A stretch of DNA of 64,000 bases from the human T2T-CHM13v2.0 reference genome, Homo sapiens. The stretch's first letter is position 1. Each line of letters opens with the position of its first letter. Made by a program: the position numbers and the translations under genes. The notes under the pieces are model-generated. The model saw only the letters and a program-made list of their open reading frames with translations, did no database searches and had not been told where the DNA came from. Below, in pieces: positions 63,176 through 64,000 of the stretch. Location: the NCBI RefSeq assembly GCF_009914755.1, contig NC_060937.1; one strand, written 5' to 3'.

Positions 63176-64000
63176 TGGACTAGGCACATTGGCTCATGTT
63201 TGTAATCCATGCACTTCGGGAGGCTGAGATGGAAGGACCACTTGAGCCCAGCAAGATCAAGCCCAGGAGTTTAAGACCAGCCTAGGTAACCAATGACACC
63301 CCCATCTCTACAAAAAAACTTTTTTTAATTACCCAGTCATTGCTGGGCACAGTGGCTCACGCCTGGAATCCCAGCACTTTGGGAGGCCAAGGCAGGAGGA
63401 TTGCTTGCTTCCAGGAGCTCAAGACCAGCCTTGACCACATAGCAAGACCCTGTCTCTACAAAAAAAATTAAAAATTAGCCGAGTGTGGTAGTGTGTGACT
63501 ACTCAGGAAGCTGAGGTGAGGGGGATTGCTTGAGCCCAGGAGGCCAAGGCTGCAGTGAGTTGTGATTGTGCCACTGCACTCCAGCCAGGGCAACAAAGTG
63601 AGACCCTGTCTAAAAAAAAAAAGGAGAATCATAATTTACTATATGTAATTTATACTTCCATTTTTTAAAAAGCAATACCTTCTCATTAGTTTGCCAAGGA
63701 AGATGAGAATTTATTCTTTTTTCTATTTGGGGGGCTTTCTTTTTTTTGTATTTATTTATTTATTTATTGATTTATTTATTTTATTTATTTATTTATTGAG
63801 GCAGGGTCTCGTTCTGTTGCCCAGGCTGGAGTGCAGTGGCATGATCTCGGCTCACTGCAACTTCTGCCTCCCAGGTTGATCACTTGAGCCCAGCAAGACC
63901 AAGTCCAGGAGTTTAAGACCAGCAATTCTCATGCCTCAGCCTTCCGAGTAGCTGGGATTACAGGTGCGCACCACCGTGCCCGGCTAATTTTTGTATTTTT
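63176..64000. mobile_element. Alu cluster: left monomer (+, 63176-63335), AluJ (+, 63342-63622), AluS (-, ~63730-64000, runs off window)
   Basis: Alu arm motifs; last element carries a 46-bp foreign insert. Confidence 0.85.

Overview
Primate (very probably human) nuclear DNA. It is repeat-rich segmental-duplication sequence with no intact protein-coding gene, CRISPR array or prokaryotic system. A CpG island (~2420-3100) holds exon 1 of an ANKRD26-family paralog on the minus strand. Most of the window (7145-60744, + strand) is an unprocessed, intron-containing PARP4 (vault PARP) pseudogene. I recognise exons equivalent to PARP4 exons 4-6, 11-17 and 25-33. Exons 7-10 and 18-24 are not visible, and there are several stops, frameshifts, two dead splice donors and an AluY inside exon 31. 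A processed CCNQ (FAM58A/cyclin M) retrocopy with TSDs lies between exons 27 and 28. From memory (unverified), this arrangement matches the human 13q12.11 ANKRD26P3/LINC00421/PARP4P2 region. Other features: a full-length Tigger1, a 5x113-bp VNTR, many Alu/L1/L2/MIR/LTR copies and a tiny twin-primed L1. The most notable observations are: (i) a latent ~421-codon spliced ORF that appears when the two donor-dead, stop-carrying exons are skipped; (ii) pseudogene bases identical to reported 'PARP4 cancer variants' (I1039T, T1170I); (iii) two locally templated insertions at the same homologous Alu position; (iv) a nearly intact CCNQ ORF; and (v) a diverged copy of the ANKRD26 5'UTR silencer. Exon numbers and parent-protein comparisons come from recalled sequences, not alignments, and repeat subfamily calls and boundaries are approximate.
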